DNA of 64,000 bases from Paragordius varius (lineage: Eukaryota > Animalia > Nematomorpha), in the NCBI GenBank assembly GCA_964247055.1, contig OZ176058.1, forward strand, positions 4,216,001-4,280,000, in the 5' to 3' direction. This document shows, one piece after another, positions 30,001 to 45,000 of this stretch; the stretch's first letter is position 1, and the number at the start of each line of letters is the position of its first letter. The translations under genes and the position numbers were made by a program. The notes beneath the pieces were generated by a model. The model was not told the origin of the DNA. It saw only the letters and a list, made by a program, of their open reading frames with translations, and did no database searches.

Positions 30001-33000
30001 ACAATCAAATAATTTTTCCAACAATCAAAATATGTTGTCTTTTAACTATTTAGTGTTTCCAACAATCAAACATATATTTTCAACAATCAAATAATTTTTT
30101 TAACAATCAAAATATGTTGCCCAATAGCTTTTTAGTATTTCCAACAATCAAACATATATTTTCAACAATCAAATAATTTTTCCAACAATCAAAATATGTT
30201 GTCTTTTAACTATTTAGTGTTTCCAACAATCAAACATATATTTTCAACAATCAAATAATTTTAACAATCAAAATATGTTTTCTTTTAACTTTTTAATGTT
30301 TCCAACAATCAATCATATATTTTTAACAATCAAATAATTTTTTTAACAATTAAAATATGTTGACCAATAGCTTTTTAGTATTTCCAACAATCAAATAATT
30401 TTTCCAACAATCAAAATATGTTTTCTTTTAACTTTTTAGTGTTTCCAACAATCAAACATATATTTTCAACAATCAAATAATTTTCCAACAATAAATATGT
30501 TGCCCAATAGTTTTTCAGTGTTTCCCACAATTAAATAATTTTTTCAACAATCAAATTATGTTGTCTTTTATCTTTTTAGTGTTTCCAACAATCAAACATA
30601 TATTTTCAACAATCAAATAATTTTTACAACAATCAAAATATGTTGCCCAATAGCTTTTTAGTGTTTCTAACAATGAAACATATATTTTCAACAATCATTT
30701 TTCAAACAATCAAAATATGTTGCCCAATAGCTTTTTAGTGTTTCCAACAATCAAACATATATTTTCAACAATCAAATAATTTTTCAAACAATCAAAATAT
30801 GTTCCCCAATAGCTTTTTAGTATTTCCAACAATCAAACATATATTTTCAACAATCAAATAATTTTTCCAACAATCAAATTATGTTGTCTTTTAACTTTTT
30901 AGTGTTTCCAACAATCAATCATATATTTTCAACAAAATAATTTCCAACAAAATATGATGCCCAATAGCTTTTTAGTGTTTCTAATTTCCAACAATCAAAA
31001 TTTGATTTCTTTTAACTTTTTAGTGTTTCCAACAATCAAACATATATTTCAACAATCAAATAATTTTCCCAACAATCTTATTATGTTGTCTTTTAACTTT
31101 TTAGTGTTTCCAACAATCAAACATATATTTTCAAGAATCAAATATTTTTTTCCAACAATCAAAATATGTTCCCCAATAGCTTTTTAGGATTTCCAACAAT
31201 CAAATAATTTTTCCAACAATCAAAATATGTTTTCTTTTAACTTTTTAGTGTTTCCAACAATCAAACATATATTTTCAACAATCAAATAATTTTTCCAACA
31301 ATCAAAATATGTTGCCCAATAGCTTTTTAGTATTTCCAACAATCAAACATATATTTTCAACAATCAAATAATTTTTCCAACAATCAAAATATGTTTTCTT
31401 TTAACTTTTTAGTGTTTCTAACAATCAAACATATATTTTCAACAATCAAATAATTTATTTAACTATCAAAATATGTTGCCCAATAGCTTTTTAGTATTTC
31501 CGACAATCAAATAATTTTTCCAACAATCAAATTATGTTGTCTTTTAACTTTTCAGTGTTTCCAACAATCAATCATATATTTTCAACAATCAAATAATTTC
31601 CAACAAAATAAGATGCCCAATAGCTTTTTAGTGTTTCTAATTTACAACAATCAAAATTTGATTTCTTTTAACTTTTTAGTGTTTCCAACAATCAAACATA
31701 TATTTTCAACAATCAAATAATTTTTCCAACAATCAAATTATGTTGTCTTTTAACTTTTTAGTGTTTCCAACAATCGATCATACATTTTCGACAATCAAAT
31801 AATTTCTCCAACAATCAAAATATGTTGCCCAATAGTTTTTTAGTGTTTCCAACAATTAAATAATTCTTTCAACAATCAAATTATGTTGTCTTTTTACTTT
31901 TTAGTGTTTTCAACAATCAAACATATATTTTCAACAATCAAATAATTTTCCAACAATAAATATGTTGCCCAATAATTTTTTAGTGTTTCCAACAATTAAA
32001 TAATTTTTTCAACAATCAAATTATGTTGTCTTTTAACTTTTTAGTGTTTCCAACAATCAAACATATATTTTCAACAATCAAATAATTTTTCCAACAATCA
32101 AAATATGTTGCCCAATAGCTTTTTAGTATTTCCAACAATCAAACATATATTTTCAACAATCAAATAATTTTTTCAACAATCAAAATATGTTTTCTTTAAA
32201 CTTTTTAGTGTTTCTAACAATTAAACATATATTTTCAACAATCAAATAATTTTTACAACAATCAAAATATGTTGCCCAATAGTTTTTTAGTGTTTCCAAC
32301 AATCAAACATATTTTTTCAACAATCAAATAATTTTTCAAACAATCAAAATATGTTGCCCAATAGCTTTTTAGTATTTCCAACAATCAAACATATATTTTC
32401 AACAATCAAATAATTTTTCCAACAGTCAAAATATGTTGCCCAATAGCTTTTTAGTATTTCCAACAATCAAACATATATTTTCAACAATCAAATAATTTTT
32501 CCAACAATCAATATGTTTTCTTTTAACTTTTTAGTGTTTCCAACAATCAAACATATATTTTCAACAATCAAATAATTTTTTTAACAATCAAAATATGTTG
32601 CCCAATAGCTTTTTAGTATTTCCTACAATCAAACATATATTTTCAGCAATCAAATAATTTTTCCAACAATCAAAAATGTTGCCCAATAGCTTTTTAGTAC
32701 TTCCAACAATCAAATAATTTTTCCAACAATCAAATAATTTTTCCAACAATCAAAATATGTTTTCTTTTAACTTTTTAGTGTTTTCAACAATCAAACATAT
32801 ATTTTCAACAATCAAATAATTTTCCAACAATAAATATGTTGCCCAATAATTTTTTAGTGTTTCCAACAATTAAATAATTTTTTCAACAATCAAATTATGT
32901 TGTCTTTTAACTTTTTAGTGTTTCCAACAATCAAACATATATTTTCAACAATCAAATAATTTTTCCAACAATCAAAATATGTTGCCCAATAGCTTTTTAG

Positions 33001-36000
33001 TATTTCCAACAATCAAACATATATTTTCAACAATCAAATAATTTTTTCAACAATCAAAATATGTTTTCTTTAAACTTTTTAGTGTTTCTAACAATTAAAC
33101 ATATATTTTCAACAATCAAATAATTTTTACAACAATCAAAATATGTTGCCCAATAGTTTTTTAGTGTTTCCAACAATCAATCATATATTTTCAACAATCA
33201 AATAATTTCTCCAACAATCAAAATATGATGCCCAATAACTTTTTAGTGTTTCCAACAATGAAACATATATTTTCAACAATCAAATAATTTTTCAAACAAT
33301 CAAAATATGTTGCCCAATAGCTTTTTAGTATTTCCAACAATCAAACATATATTTTCAACAATCAAATAATTTTTACAACAATCAAAATATGTTGCCCAAT
33401 AGCTTTTTAGTAATTCCAACAATCAAATAATTTTTCCAACAATCAAAATATGTTTTCTTTTAACTTTTTAGTGTTTCCAACAATCAAACATATATTTTCA
33501 ACAATCAAATAATTTTCCAACAATAAATATGTTACCCAATAGTTTTTCAGTGTTTCCAACAATTAAATAATTTTTTCAACAAATGTTGTCTTTTATCTTT
33601 TTAGTGTTTCCAACAATCAAACATATATTTTCAACAATCAAATAATTTTTCCAACAATCAAAATATGTTGCCCAACAGCTTTTTAGTCTTTCCAACAATC
33701 AAACATATATTTTCAACAATCATTTTTCAAACAATCAAAATATGTTGCCCAATAGCTTTTTAGTATTTCCAACAATCAAATAATTTTTCCAACAATCAAA
33801 ATATGTTTTCTCTTAACTTTTTAGTGTTTCCAACAATCAAACATATATTTTCAACAATCAAATAAATTTTCCAACAATCAAAATATGTTGCCCAATAGCT
33901 TTTTAGTATTTCCAACAATCAAACATATATTTTCAACAATCAAATAATTTTTCCAACAATCAATATGTTTTCTTTTAACTTTTTAGTGTTTCCAACAATC
34001 AAACATACATTTTCAACAATCAAATAATTTTTCAAACAATCAAAATATGTTGCCCAATAGCTTTTTAGTATTTCCAACAATCAAACATATATTTTCAGCA
34101 ATCAAATAATTTTTCCAACAATCAAAAATGTTGCCCAATAGCTTTTTAGTACTTCCAACAATCAAATAATTTTTCCAACAATCAAATAATTTTTCCAACA
34201 ATCAAAATATGTTTTCTTTTAACTTTTTAGTGTTTTCAACAATCAAACATATATTTTCAACAATCAAATAATTTTTTTAACAATCAAAATATGTTGCCCA
34301 ATAGCTTTTTAGTATTTCCAACAATCAAACATATATTTTCAACAATCAAATAATTTTTCCAACAATCAAAATATGTTGTCTTTTAACTATTTAGTGTTTT
34401 CAAAAATCTAACATATATTTTCAACAATCAAATAATTTTAACAATCAAAATATGTTTTCTTTTAACTTTTTAGTGTTTCCAACAATCAATCATATATTTT
34501 TAACAATCAAATAATTATTTTAACAATTAAAATATGTTGACCAATAGCTTTTTAGTATTTCCAACAATCAAATAATTTTTCCAACAATCAAAATATGTTT
34601 TCTTTTAACTTTTTAGTGTTTCCAACAATCAAACATATATTTTCAACAATCAAATAATTTTCCAACAATAAATATGTTGCCCAATAGTTTTTTACTGTTT
34701 CCAACAAATAAATAATTTTTTCAACAATCAAATTATGTTGTCTTTTAACTTTTTAGTGTTTCCAACAATCAAACATATATTTTCAACAATCAAATAATTT
34801 TTCCAACAATCAAATATGTTGCCCAATAGCTTTTTAGTAATTCCAACAATCAAACATATATTTTCAACAATCAAATAATTTTTCCAACAATCAAAATATG
34901 TTGCCCAATAGCTTTTTAGTACTTCCAACAATCAAATAATTTTTCCAACAATCAAAATATGTTTTCTTTTAACTTTTTAGTGTTTCCAACAATCAAACAT
35001 ATATTTTCAACAAATAAATAATTTTTTTAACAATCAAAATATGTTGCCCAATAGCTTTTTAGTATTTCCAACAATCAAATAATTTTTCCAACAATCAAAA
35101 TATGTTTTCTTTTAACTTTTTAGTGTTTCCAACAATCAAACATATATTTTCAACAATCAAATAAATTTTCCAACAATCAAAATATGTTGCCCAATAGCTT
35201 TTTAGTATTTCCAACAATCAAACATATATTTTCAACAATCAAATAATTTTTCCAACAATCAAAATATGTTTTCATTTAACTTTTTAGTGTTTCCAACAAT
35301 CAAACATATATTTTCAACAATCAAATAATTTTTACAACAATCAAAATATGTTGCCCAATAGCTTTTTAGTAATTCCAACAATCAAATAATTTTTCCAACA
35401 ATCAAAATATGTTTTCTTTTAACTTTTTAGTGTTTCCAACAATCAAACATATATTTTCAACAATCAAATAATTTTCCAACAATAAATATGTTACCCAATA
35501 GTTTTTCAGTGTTTCCAACAATTAAATAATTTTTTCAACAATCAAATTATGTTGTCTTTTATCTTTTTAGTGTTTCCAACAATCAAACATATATTTTCAA
35601 CAATCAAATAATTTTTCCAACAATCAAAATATGTTGCCCAACAGCTTTTTAGTCTTTCCAACAATCAAACATATATTTTCAACAATCATTTTTCAAACAA
35701 TCAAAATATGTTGCCCAATAGCTTTTTAGTATTTCCAACAATCAAATAATTTTTCCAACAATCAAAATATGTTTTCTTTTAACTTTTTAGTGTTTCCAAC
35801 AATCAAACATATATTTTCAACAATCAAATAAATTTTCCAACAATCAAAATATGTTGCCCAATAGCTTTTTAGTATTTCCAACAATCAAACATATATTTTC
35901 AACAATCAAATAATTTTTCCAACAATCAAAATATGTTTTCATTTAACTTTTTAGTGTTTCCAAATCAAACATATATTTTCAACAATCAAATAATTTTTTT

Positions 36001-39000
36001 AACAATTAAAATATGTTGACCAATAGCTTTTTAGTATTTCCAACAATCAAATAATTTTTCCAACAATCAAAATATGTTTTCTTTTAACTTTTTAGTGTTT
36101 CCAACAATCAAACATATATTTTCAACAATCAAATAATTTTCCAACAATAAATATGTTGCCCAATAGTTTTTCAGTGTTTCCAACAATTAAATAATTTTTT
36201 CAACAATCAAATTATGTTGTCTTTTATCTTTTTAGTGTTTCCAACAATCAAACATATATTTTCAACAATCAAATAATTTTTACAACAATCAAAATATGTT
36301 GCCCAATAGCTTTTTAGTGTTTCTAACAATGAAAAATATATTTTCAACAATCATTTTTCAAACAATCAAAATATGTTGCCCAATAGCTTTTTAGTGTTTC
36401 CAACAATCAAACATATATTTTCAACAATCAAATTATGTTGTCTTTTATCTTTTTAGTGTTTCCAACAATCAAACATATATTTTCAACAATCAAATAATTT
36501 TTCCAACAATCAAAATATGTTGCCCAACAGCTTTTTAGTCTTTCCAACAATCAAACATATATTTTCAACAATCAAATAATTTTTCCAACAATCAAAATAT
36601 GTTTTCTTTTAATTTTTTAGTGTTTCCAACAATCAAACATATATTTTCAACAATCAAATAATTTTTACAACAATCAAAATATGTTGCCCAATAGCTTTTT
36701 AGTAATTCCAACAATCAAATAATTTTTCCAACAATCAAAATATGTTGTCTTATAACTTATAGTGTTTCCAACAATCAATCATATATTTTCAACAATCAAA
36801 TAATTTCCAACAAAATATGATGCCCAATAGCTTTTTAGTGTTTCTAATTTCCAACAATCAAAATTTGATTTCTTTTAACTTTTTAGTGTTTCCAACAATC
36901 AAACATATATTTTCAACAATCAAATAATTTTTCCAACAATCAAAATATGTTTTCTTTTAACTTTTTAGTGTTTCCAACAATCAAACATATATTTTCAACA
37001 ATCAAATAATTTTTTTAACAATCAAAATATGTTGCCCAATAGCTTTTTAGTATTTCCAACAATCAAATAATTTTTCCAACAATCAAAATATGTTTTCTTT
37101 TAACTTTTTAGTGTTTCCAACAATCAAACATATATTTTCAACAATCAAATAATTTTTTCAACAATCAAAATATGTTGCCCAATAGCTTTTTAGTATTTCC
37201 AACAATCAAACATATATTTTCAACAATCAAATAATTTTTCCAACAATCAAAATATGTTTTCTTTTAACTTTTTAGTGTTTTCAACAATCAAACATATATT
37301 TTCAACAATCAAATAATTTTTTCAACAATCAAAATATGTTGCCCAATAGCTTTTTAGTATTTCCAACAATCAAACATATATTTTCAACAATCAAATAATT
37401 TTTCCAACAATCAAAATATGTTGTCTTTTAACTATTTAGTGTTTCCAACAATCAAACATATATTTTCAACAATCAAATAATTTTAACAATCAAAATATGT
37501 TTTCTTTATACTTTTTACATGTTTTCAACAATCAATCATATATTTTTAACAATCAAATAATTTTTTTAACAGTTAAAATATGTTGACCAATAGCTTTTTA
37601 GTATTTCCAACAATCAAATAATTTTTCCAACAATCAAAATATGTTTTCTTTTAACTTTTTAGTGTTTCCAACAATCAAACATATATTTTCAACAATCAAA
37701 TAATTTTCCAACAATAAATATGTTGCCCAATAGTTTTTCAGTGTTTCCAACAATTAAATAATTTTTTCAACAATCAAATTATGTTGTCTTTTATCTTTTT
37801 AGTGTTTCCAACAATCAAACATATATTTTCAACAATCAAATAATTTTTACAACAATCAAAATATGTTGCCCAATAGCTTTTTAGTGTTTCTAACAATGAA
37901 AAATATATTTTCAACAATCATTTTTCAAACAATCAAAATATGTTGCCCAATAGCTTTTTAGTGTTTCCAACAATCAAACATATATTTTCAACAATCAAAT
38001 AATTTTTCCAACAATCAAATTATGTTGTCTTTTAACTTTTTAGTGTTTCCAACAATCAATCATATATTTCCAACAAAATATGATGCCCAATAGCTTTTTA
38101 GTGTTTCTAATTTCCAACAGTGTTTCCAACAATCAAACATATATTTTCAACAATCAAATAATTTTCCCAACAATCTTATTATGTTGTCTTTTAACTTTTT
38201 AGTGTTTCCAACAATCAAACATATATTTTCAAGAATCAAATAATTTTTCCAACAATCAAAATATGTTCCCCAATAGCTTTTTAGTATTTCCAACAATCAA
38301 ACATATATTTTCAATAATCAAATAATTTTTCCAACAATCAAATTATGTTGTCTTTTAACTTTTTAGTGTTTCCAACAATCAATCATATATTTTCAACAAT
38401 CAAATAATTTCCAACAAAATATGATGCCCAATAGCTTTTTAGTGTTTCTAATTTCCAACAATCAAAATTTGATTTTCTTTTAACTTTTTAGTGTTTCCAA
38501 CAATCAAACATATATTTTCAACAATCAAATAATTTTCCCAACAATCTTATTATGTTGTCTTTTAACTTTTTAGTGTTTCCAACAATCAAACATATATTTT
38601 CAAGAATCAAATAATTTTTCCAACAATCAAAATATGTTTCCCAATAGCTTTTTAGTATTTCCAACAATTAAACATATATTTTCAATAATCAAATAATTTC
38701 CAACAATCAAATTATGTTGTCTTTTAACTTTTTAGTGTTTCCAACAATCAATCATATATTTTCAACAATCAAATAATTTCCAACAAAATATGATGCCCAA
38801 TAGCTTTTTAGTGTTTCTAATTTCCAACAATCAAAATTTGATTTCTATTAACTTTTTAGTGTTTCCAACAATCAAACATATATTTTCAACAATCAAATAA
38901 TTTTTCCAACAATCAAAATATGTTTTCTTTTAACTTTTTAGTGTTTCCAACAATCAAACATATATTTTCAGCAATCAAATAATTTTTTTAACAATCAAAA

Positions 39001-42000
39001 TATGTTGCCCTATAGCTTTTTAGTATTTCCAACAATCAAATAATTTTTCCAACAATCAAAATATGTTTTCTTTTTACTTTTTAGTGTTTCCAACAATCAA
39101 ACATATATTTCCAACATTCAAATAATTTTTCCAACAATCAAAATATGTTTTCTTTTAACTTTTTAGTGTTTCTAACAATCAAACATATATTTTCAGCAAT
39201 CAAATAATTTTCCAACAATAAATATGTTGCCCAATAGTTTTTTACTGTTTCCAACAATTAAATAATTTTTTCAACAATCAAATTATGTTGTCTTTTAACT
39301 TTTTAGTGTTTCCAACAATCAAACATATATTTTCAACAATCAAATAATTTTTCCAACAATCAAATATGTTGCCCAATATTTCCAACAATCAAACATATAT
39401 TTTCAACAATCAAATAATTTTTCCAACAATCAAAATATGTTTTCTAATAACTTTTTAGTGTTTCCAACAATCAAACATATATTTTCAACAATCAAATTAT
39501 GTTGTCTTTTATCTTTTTAGTGTTTCCAACAATCAAACATATATTTTCAACAATCAAATAATTTTTCCAACAATCAAAATATGTTTTCTAATAACTTTTT
39601 AGTGTTTCCAACAATCAAACATATATTTTCAACAATCAAATTATGTTGTCTTTTATCTTTTTAGTGTTTCCAACAATCAAACATATATTTTCAACAATCA
39701 AATAATTTTTCCAACAGTCAAAATATGTTGCCCAACAGCTTTTTAGTCTTTCCAACAATCAAACATATATTTTCAACAATCAAATAATTTTTCCAACAAT
39801 CAAAATATGTTTTCTTTTAATTTTTTAGTGTTTCCAACAATCAAACATATATTTTCAACAATCAAATAATTTTTACAACAATCAAAATATGTTGCCCAAT
39901 AGCTTTTTAGTAATTCCAACAATCAAATAATTTTTCCAACAATCAAAATATGTTGTCTTATAACTTATAGTGTTTCCAACAATCAATCATATATTTTCAA
40001 CAATCAAATAATTTCCAACAAAATATGATGCCCAATAGCTTTTTAGTGTTTCTAATTTCCAACAATCAAAATTTGATTTCTTTTAACTTTTTAGTGTTTC
40101 CAACAATCAAACATATATTTTCAACAATCAAATAATTTTTCCAACAATCAAAATATGTTTTCTTTTAACTTTTTAGTGTTTCCAACAATCAAACATATAT
40201 TTTCAACAATCAAATAATTTTTTTAACAATCAAAATATGTTGCCCAATAGCTTTTTAGTATTTCCAACAATCAAATAATTTTTCCAACAATCAAAATATG
40301 TTTTCTTTTAACTTTTTAGTGTTTCCAACAATCAAACATATATTTTCAACAATCAAATAATTTTTTCAACAATCAAAATATGTTGCCCAATAGCTTTTTA
40401 GTATTTCCAACAATCAAACATATATTTTCAACAATCAAATAATTTTTCCAACAATCAAAATATGTTTTCTTTTAACTTTTTAGTGTTTTCAACAATCAAA
40501 CATATATTTTCAACAATCAAATAATTTTTTCAACAATCAAAATATGTTGCCCAATAGCTTTTTAGTATTTCCAACAATCAAACATATATTTTCAACAATC
40601 AAATAATTTTTCCAACAATCAAAATATGTTGTCTTTTAACTATTTAGTGTTTCCAACAATCAAACATATATTTTCAACAATCAAATAATTTTAACAATCA
40701 AAATATGTTTTCTTTATACTTTTTACATGTTTTCAACAATCAATCATATATTTTTAACAATCAAATAATTTTTTTAACAATTAAAATATGTTGACCAATA
40801 GCTTTTTAGTATTTCCAACAATCAAATAATTTTTCCAACAATCAAAATATGTTTTCTTTTAACTTTTTAGTGTTTCCAACAATCAAACATATATTTTCAA
40901 CAATCAAATAATTTTCCAACAATAAATATGTTGCCCAATAGTTTTTCAGTGTTTCCAACAATTAAATAATTTTTTCAACAATCAAATTATGTTGTCTTTT
41001 ATCTTTTTAGTGTTTCCAACAATCAAACATATATTTTCAACAATCAAATAATTTTTACAACAATCAAAATATGTTGCCCAATAGCTTTTTAGTGTTTCTA
41101 ACAATGAAAAATATATTTTCAACAATCATTTTTCAAACAATCAAAATAGTTGCCCAATAGCTTTTTAGTGTTTCCAACAATCAAACATATATTTTCAACA
41201 ATCAAATAATTTTTCCAACAATCAAATTATGTTGTCTTTTAACTTTTTAGTGTTTCCAACAATCAATCATATATTTCCAACAAAATATGATGCCCAATAG
41301 CTTTTTAGTGTTTCTAATTTCCAACAGTGTTTCCAACAATCAAACATATATTTTCAACAATCAAATAATTTTCCCAACAATCTTATTATGTTGTCTTTTA
41401 ACTTTTTAGTGTTTCCAACAATCAAACATATATTTTCAAGAATCAAATAATTTTTCCAACAATCAAAATATGTTCCCCAATAGCTTTTTAGTATTTCCAA
41501 CAATCAAACATATATTTTCAATAATCAAATAATTTTTCCAACAATCAAATTATGTTGTCTTTTAACTTTTTAGTGTTTCCAACAATCAATCATATATTTT
41601 CAACAATCAAATAATTTTTCAAACAATCAAAATATGTTCCTCAATAGCTTTTTAGTATTTCCAACAATCAAACATATATTTTCAACAATCAAATAATTTT
41701 TTCAACAATCAAAATATGTTTTCTTTTAACTTAGTGTTTCCAACAATCAAACATATATTTTCAACAATCAAATAATTTTTCCAACAATCAAAATATGATG
41801 CCCAATAGCTTTTTAGTGTTTCCAACAATCAAACATATATTTGCACAATCAAATAATTTTTACAACAATCAAAATATGTTTTCTTTTAACTTTTTAGTGT
41901 TTCCAACAATCAAACATATATATTCAACAATCAAATAATTTTTCCAACAATCAAATTATGTTGCCCAATAGCTTTTTATTGTTTCCAACAATCAAACATA

Positions 42001-45000
42001 TATTTTCAACAATCAATGATTTTTCAAACAATCAAAATATGTTGCCCAATAGCTTTTTAGTATTTCCAACAATCAAACATATATTTTTAACAATCAAATA
42101 ATTTTTCCAACAATCAAATTATGTTGTCTTTTAACTTTTTAGTATTTCCAACAATCAAACATATATTTTCAACAATCAAATAATTTTTCCAACAATCAAA
42201 ATATGATGCCCAATAGCTTTTTAGTGTTTCCAACAATCAAACATATATTTGCACAATCAAATAATTTTTCAAAATATCAAAATATGTTACCCAACAGCTT
42301 TTTAGTGTTACTAACAATTAAACATATATTTCCAAAAATCATAATATGTTGCCCAATAGCTTTTTAGTATTTCCAACAATCAAACATATATTTGCACAAT
42401 CAAATATTTTCCAACAATTAAATTATGTTTTTTAACTTTTTAGTGTTTCCAACAATCAAACATATATTTTCAACAATCAAATAATTTTTCCAACAATCAA
42501 AATATGTTGCCCAATAGCTTTTTATTGTTTCCAACAATCAAACATATATTTTCAACAATCAAATAATTTTTCAAACAATCAAAATATGTTGCCCAATAGC
42601 TTTTTAGTATTTCCAACAATCAAACATATATTTTCAACAATCAAATAATTTTTGCAACAATCAAATTATGTTGTCTTTTAACTTTTTAGTGTTTCCAACA
42701 ATCAAACATATATTTTCAACAATCAAATAATTTTTCAAAATAACAAAATATGTTGCCCAATAGCATTTAGTATTTCCAACAATCAAACATATATTTTCAA
42801 CAATCAAATAATTTTTTCAACAATCAAAATATGTTTTCTTTTAACTTAGTGTTTCCAACAATCAAACATATATTTTCAACAATCAAATAATTTTTCCAAC
42901 AATCAAAATATGATGCCCAATAGCTTTTTAGTGTTTCCAACAATCAAACATATATTTGCACAATCAAATAATTTTTACAACAATCAAAATATGTTTTCTT
43001 TTAACTTTTTAGTGTTTCCAACAATCAAACATATATTTTCAACAATCAAATAATTTTTCCAACAATCAAATTATGTTGCCCAATAGCTTTTTATTGTTTC
43101 CAACAATCAAACATATATTTTCAACAATCAAATAATTTTTCAAACACTCAAAATATGTTGCCCAATAGCTTTTTTGCGTTTCCAACAATCAAACATATAT
43201 TTTCAACAATCAAATAATTTTTCAAAATAACAAAATATGTTGCCCGATAGCTTTTTTGTGTTTCCAATAATCAAACATATATTTTCAACAAAAAATAATT
43301 TTGACAACAATCAAAATATGAGTCTTTTATTTTAGTGTTTTCCAACAATCAAAAATATATTTTCAACAATAAATAATTTTTTAAACAATCCAAATATGTT
43401 GCCCAACAGCTTTTTAGTATTTCCAACAATCAAACATATATTTTCAACAATCAAATAATTTTTCCAACAATCAAAATATGTTTCCCAATAGCTTTTTAGT
43501 ATTTCCAACAATCAAACATATATTTTCAACAATCAAATAATTTTTCCAACAATCAAAATATGTTGTCTTTTAACTATTTAGTGTTTCCAACAATCAAACA
43601 TATATTTTCAACAATCAAATAATTTTAACAATCAAAATATGTTTTCTTTTAACTTTTTAGTGTGTCCAACAATCAATCATATATTTTTAACAATCAAAAA
43701 AATTTTTTAACAATCAAAATATGTTGACCAATAGCTTTTTAGTATTTCCAACAATCAAATAATTTTTCCAACAATCAAAATATGTTTTCTTTTAACTTTT
43801 TAGTGTTTCAAACAATCAAACATATATTTTCAACAATCAAATAATTTTCCAACAATAAATATGTTGCCCAATAGTTTTTCAGTGTTTCCAACAATTAAAT
43901 TATTTTTTCAACAATCAAATTTGTTGTCTTCTATCTTTTTAGTGTTTCCAACAATCAAACATATATTTTCAACAATCAAATAATTTTTCCAACAATCAAA
44001 ATATGTTGCCTAATAGCTTTTTAGTATTTTCAACAATCAAACATATATTTTCAACAATCAAATAATTTTTTTAACAATCAAAATATGTTTTCTTTTAACT
44101 TTTTAGTGTTTCCAACAATGAAACATATATTTTCAACAATCAAATAATTTTTTAAACAATCAAAATATGTTTTCTTTTAACTTTTTAGTGTTTCCAACAA
44201 TCAAACATATATTTTCAACAATCAAATAATTTTTCCAACAATCAAAATATGTTGCCCAATAACTTTTTAGTATTTCCAACAATCAAACATATATTTTCAA
44301 CAATCAAATAATTTTTTAAACAATCAAAATATGTTGTCTTTTAACTATTTAGTGTTTCCAACAATCAAACATATATTTTCAACAATCAAATAATTTTAAC
44401 AATCAAAATATGTTTTCTTTTAACTTTTTAGTGTTTCCAACAATCAATCATATATTTTTAACAATCAAAAAAATTTTTTAACAATCAAAATATGTTGACC
44501 AATAGCTTTTTAGTATTTCCAACAATCAAATAATTTTTCCAACAATCAAAATATGTTTTCTTTTAACTTTTTAGTGTTTCCAACAATCTAACATATATTT
44601 TCAACAATCAAATAATTTTTACAACAATCAAAATATGTTGCCCAATAGCTTTTTAGTGTTTCCAACAATGAAACATATATTTTCAACAATCAAATAATTT
44701 TTCAAACAATCAAAATATGTTGCCCAATAGCTTTTTAGTGTTTCCAACAATCAAACATATATTTTCAACAATCAAATAATTTTTCAAACAATCAAAATAT
44801 GTTCCTCAATAGCTTTTTAGTATTTCCAACAATCAAATAATTTTTCCAACAATCAAAATATGTTTTCTTTTAACTTTTTAGTGTTTCCAACAATCAAACA
44901 TATATTTTCAACAATCAAATAATTTTCCAACAATAAATATGTTGCCCAATAGTTTTTCAGTGTTTCCAACAATTAAATAATTTTTTCAACAATCAAATTA

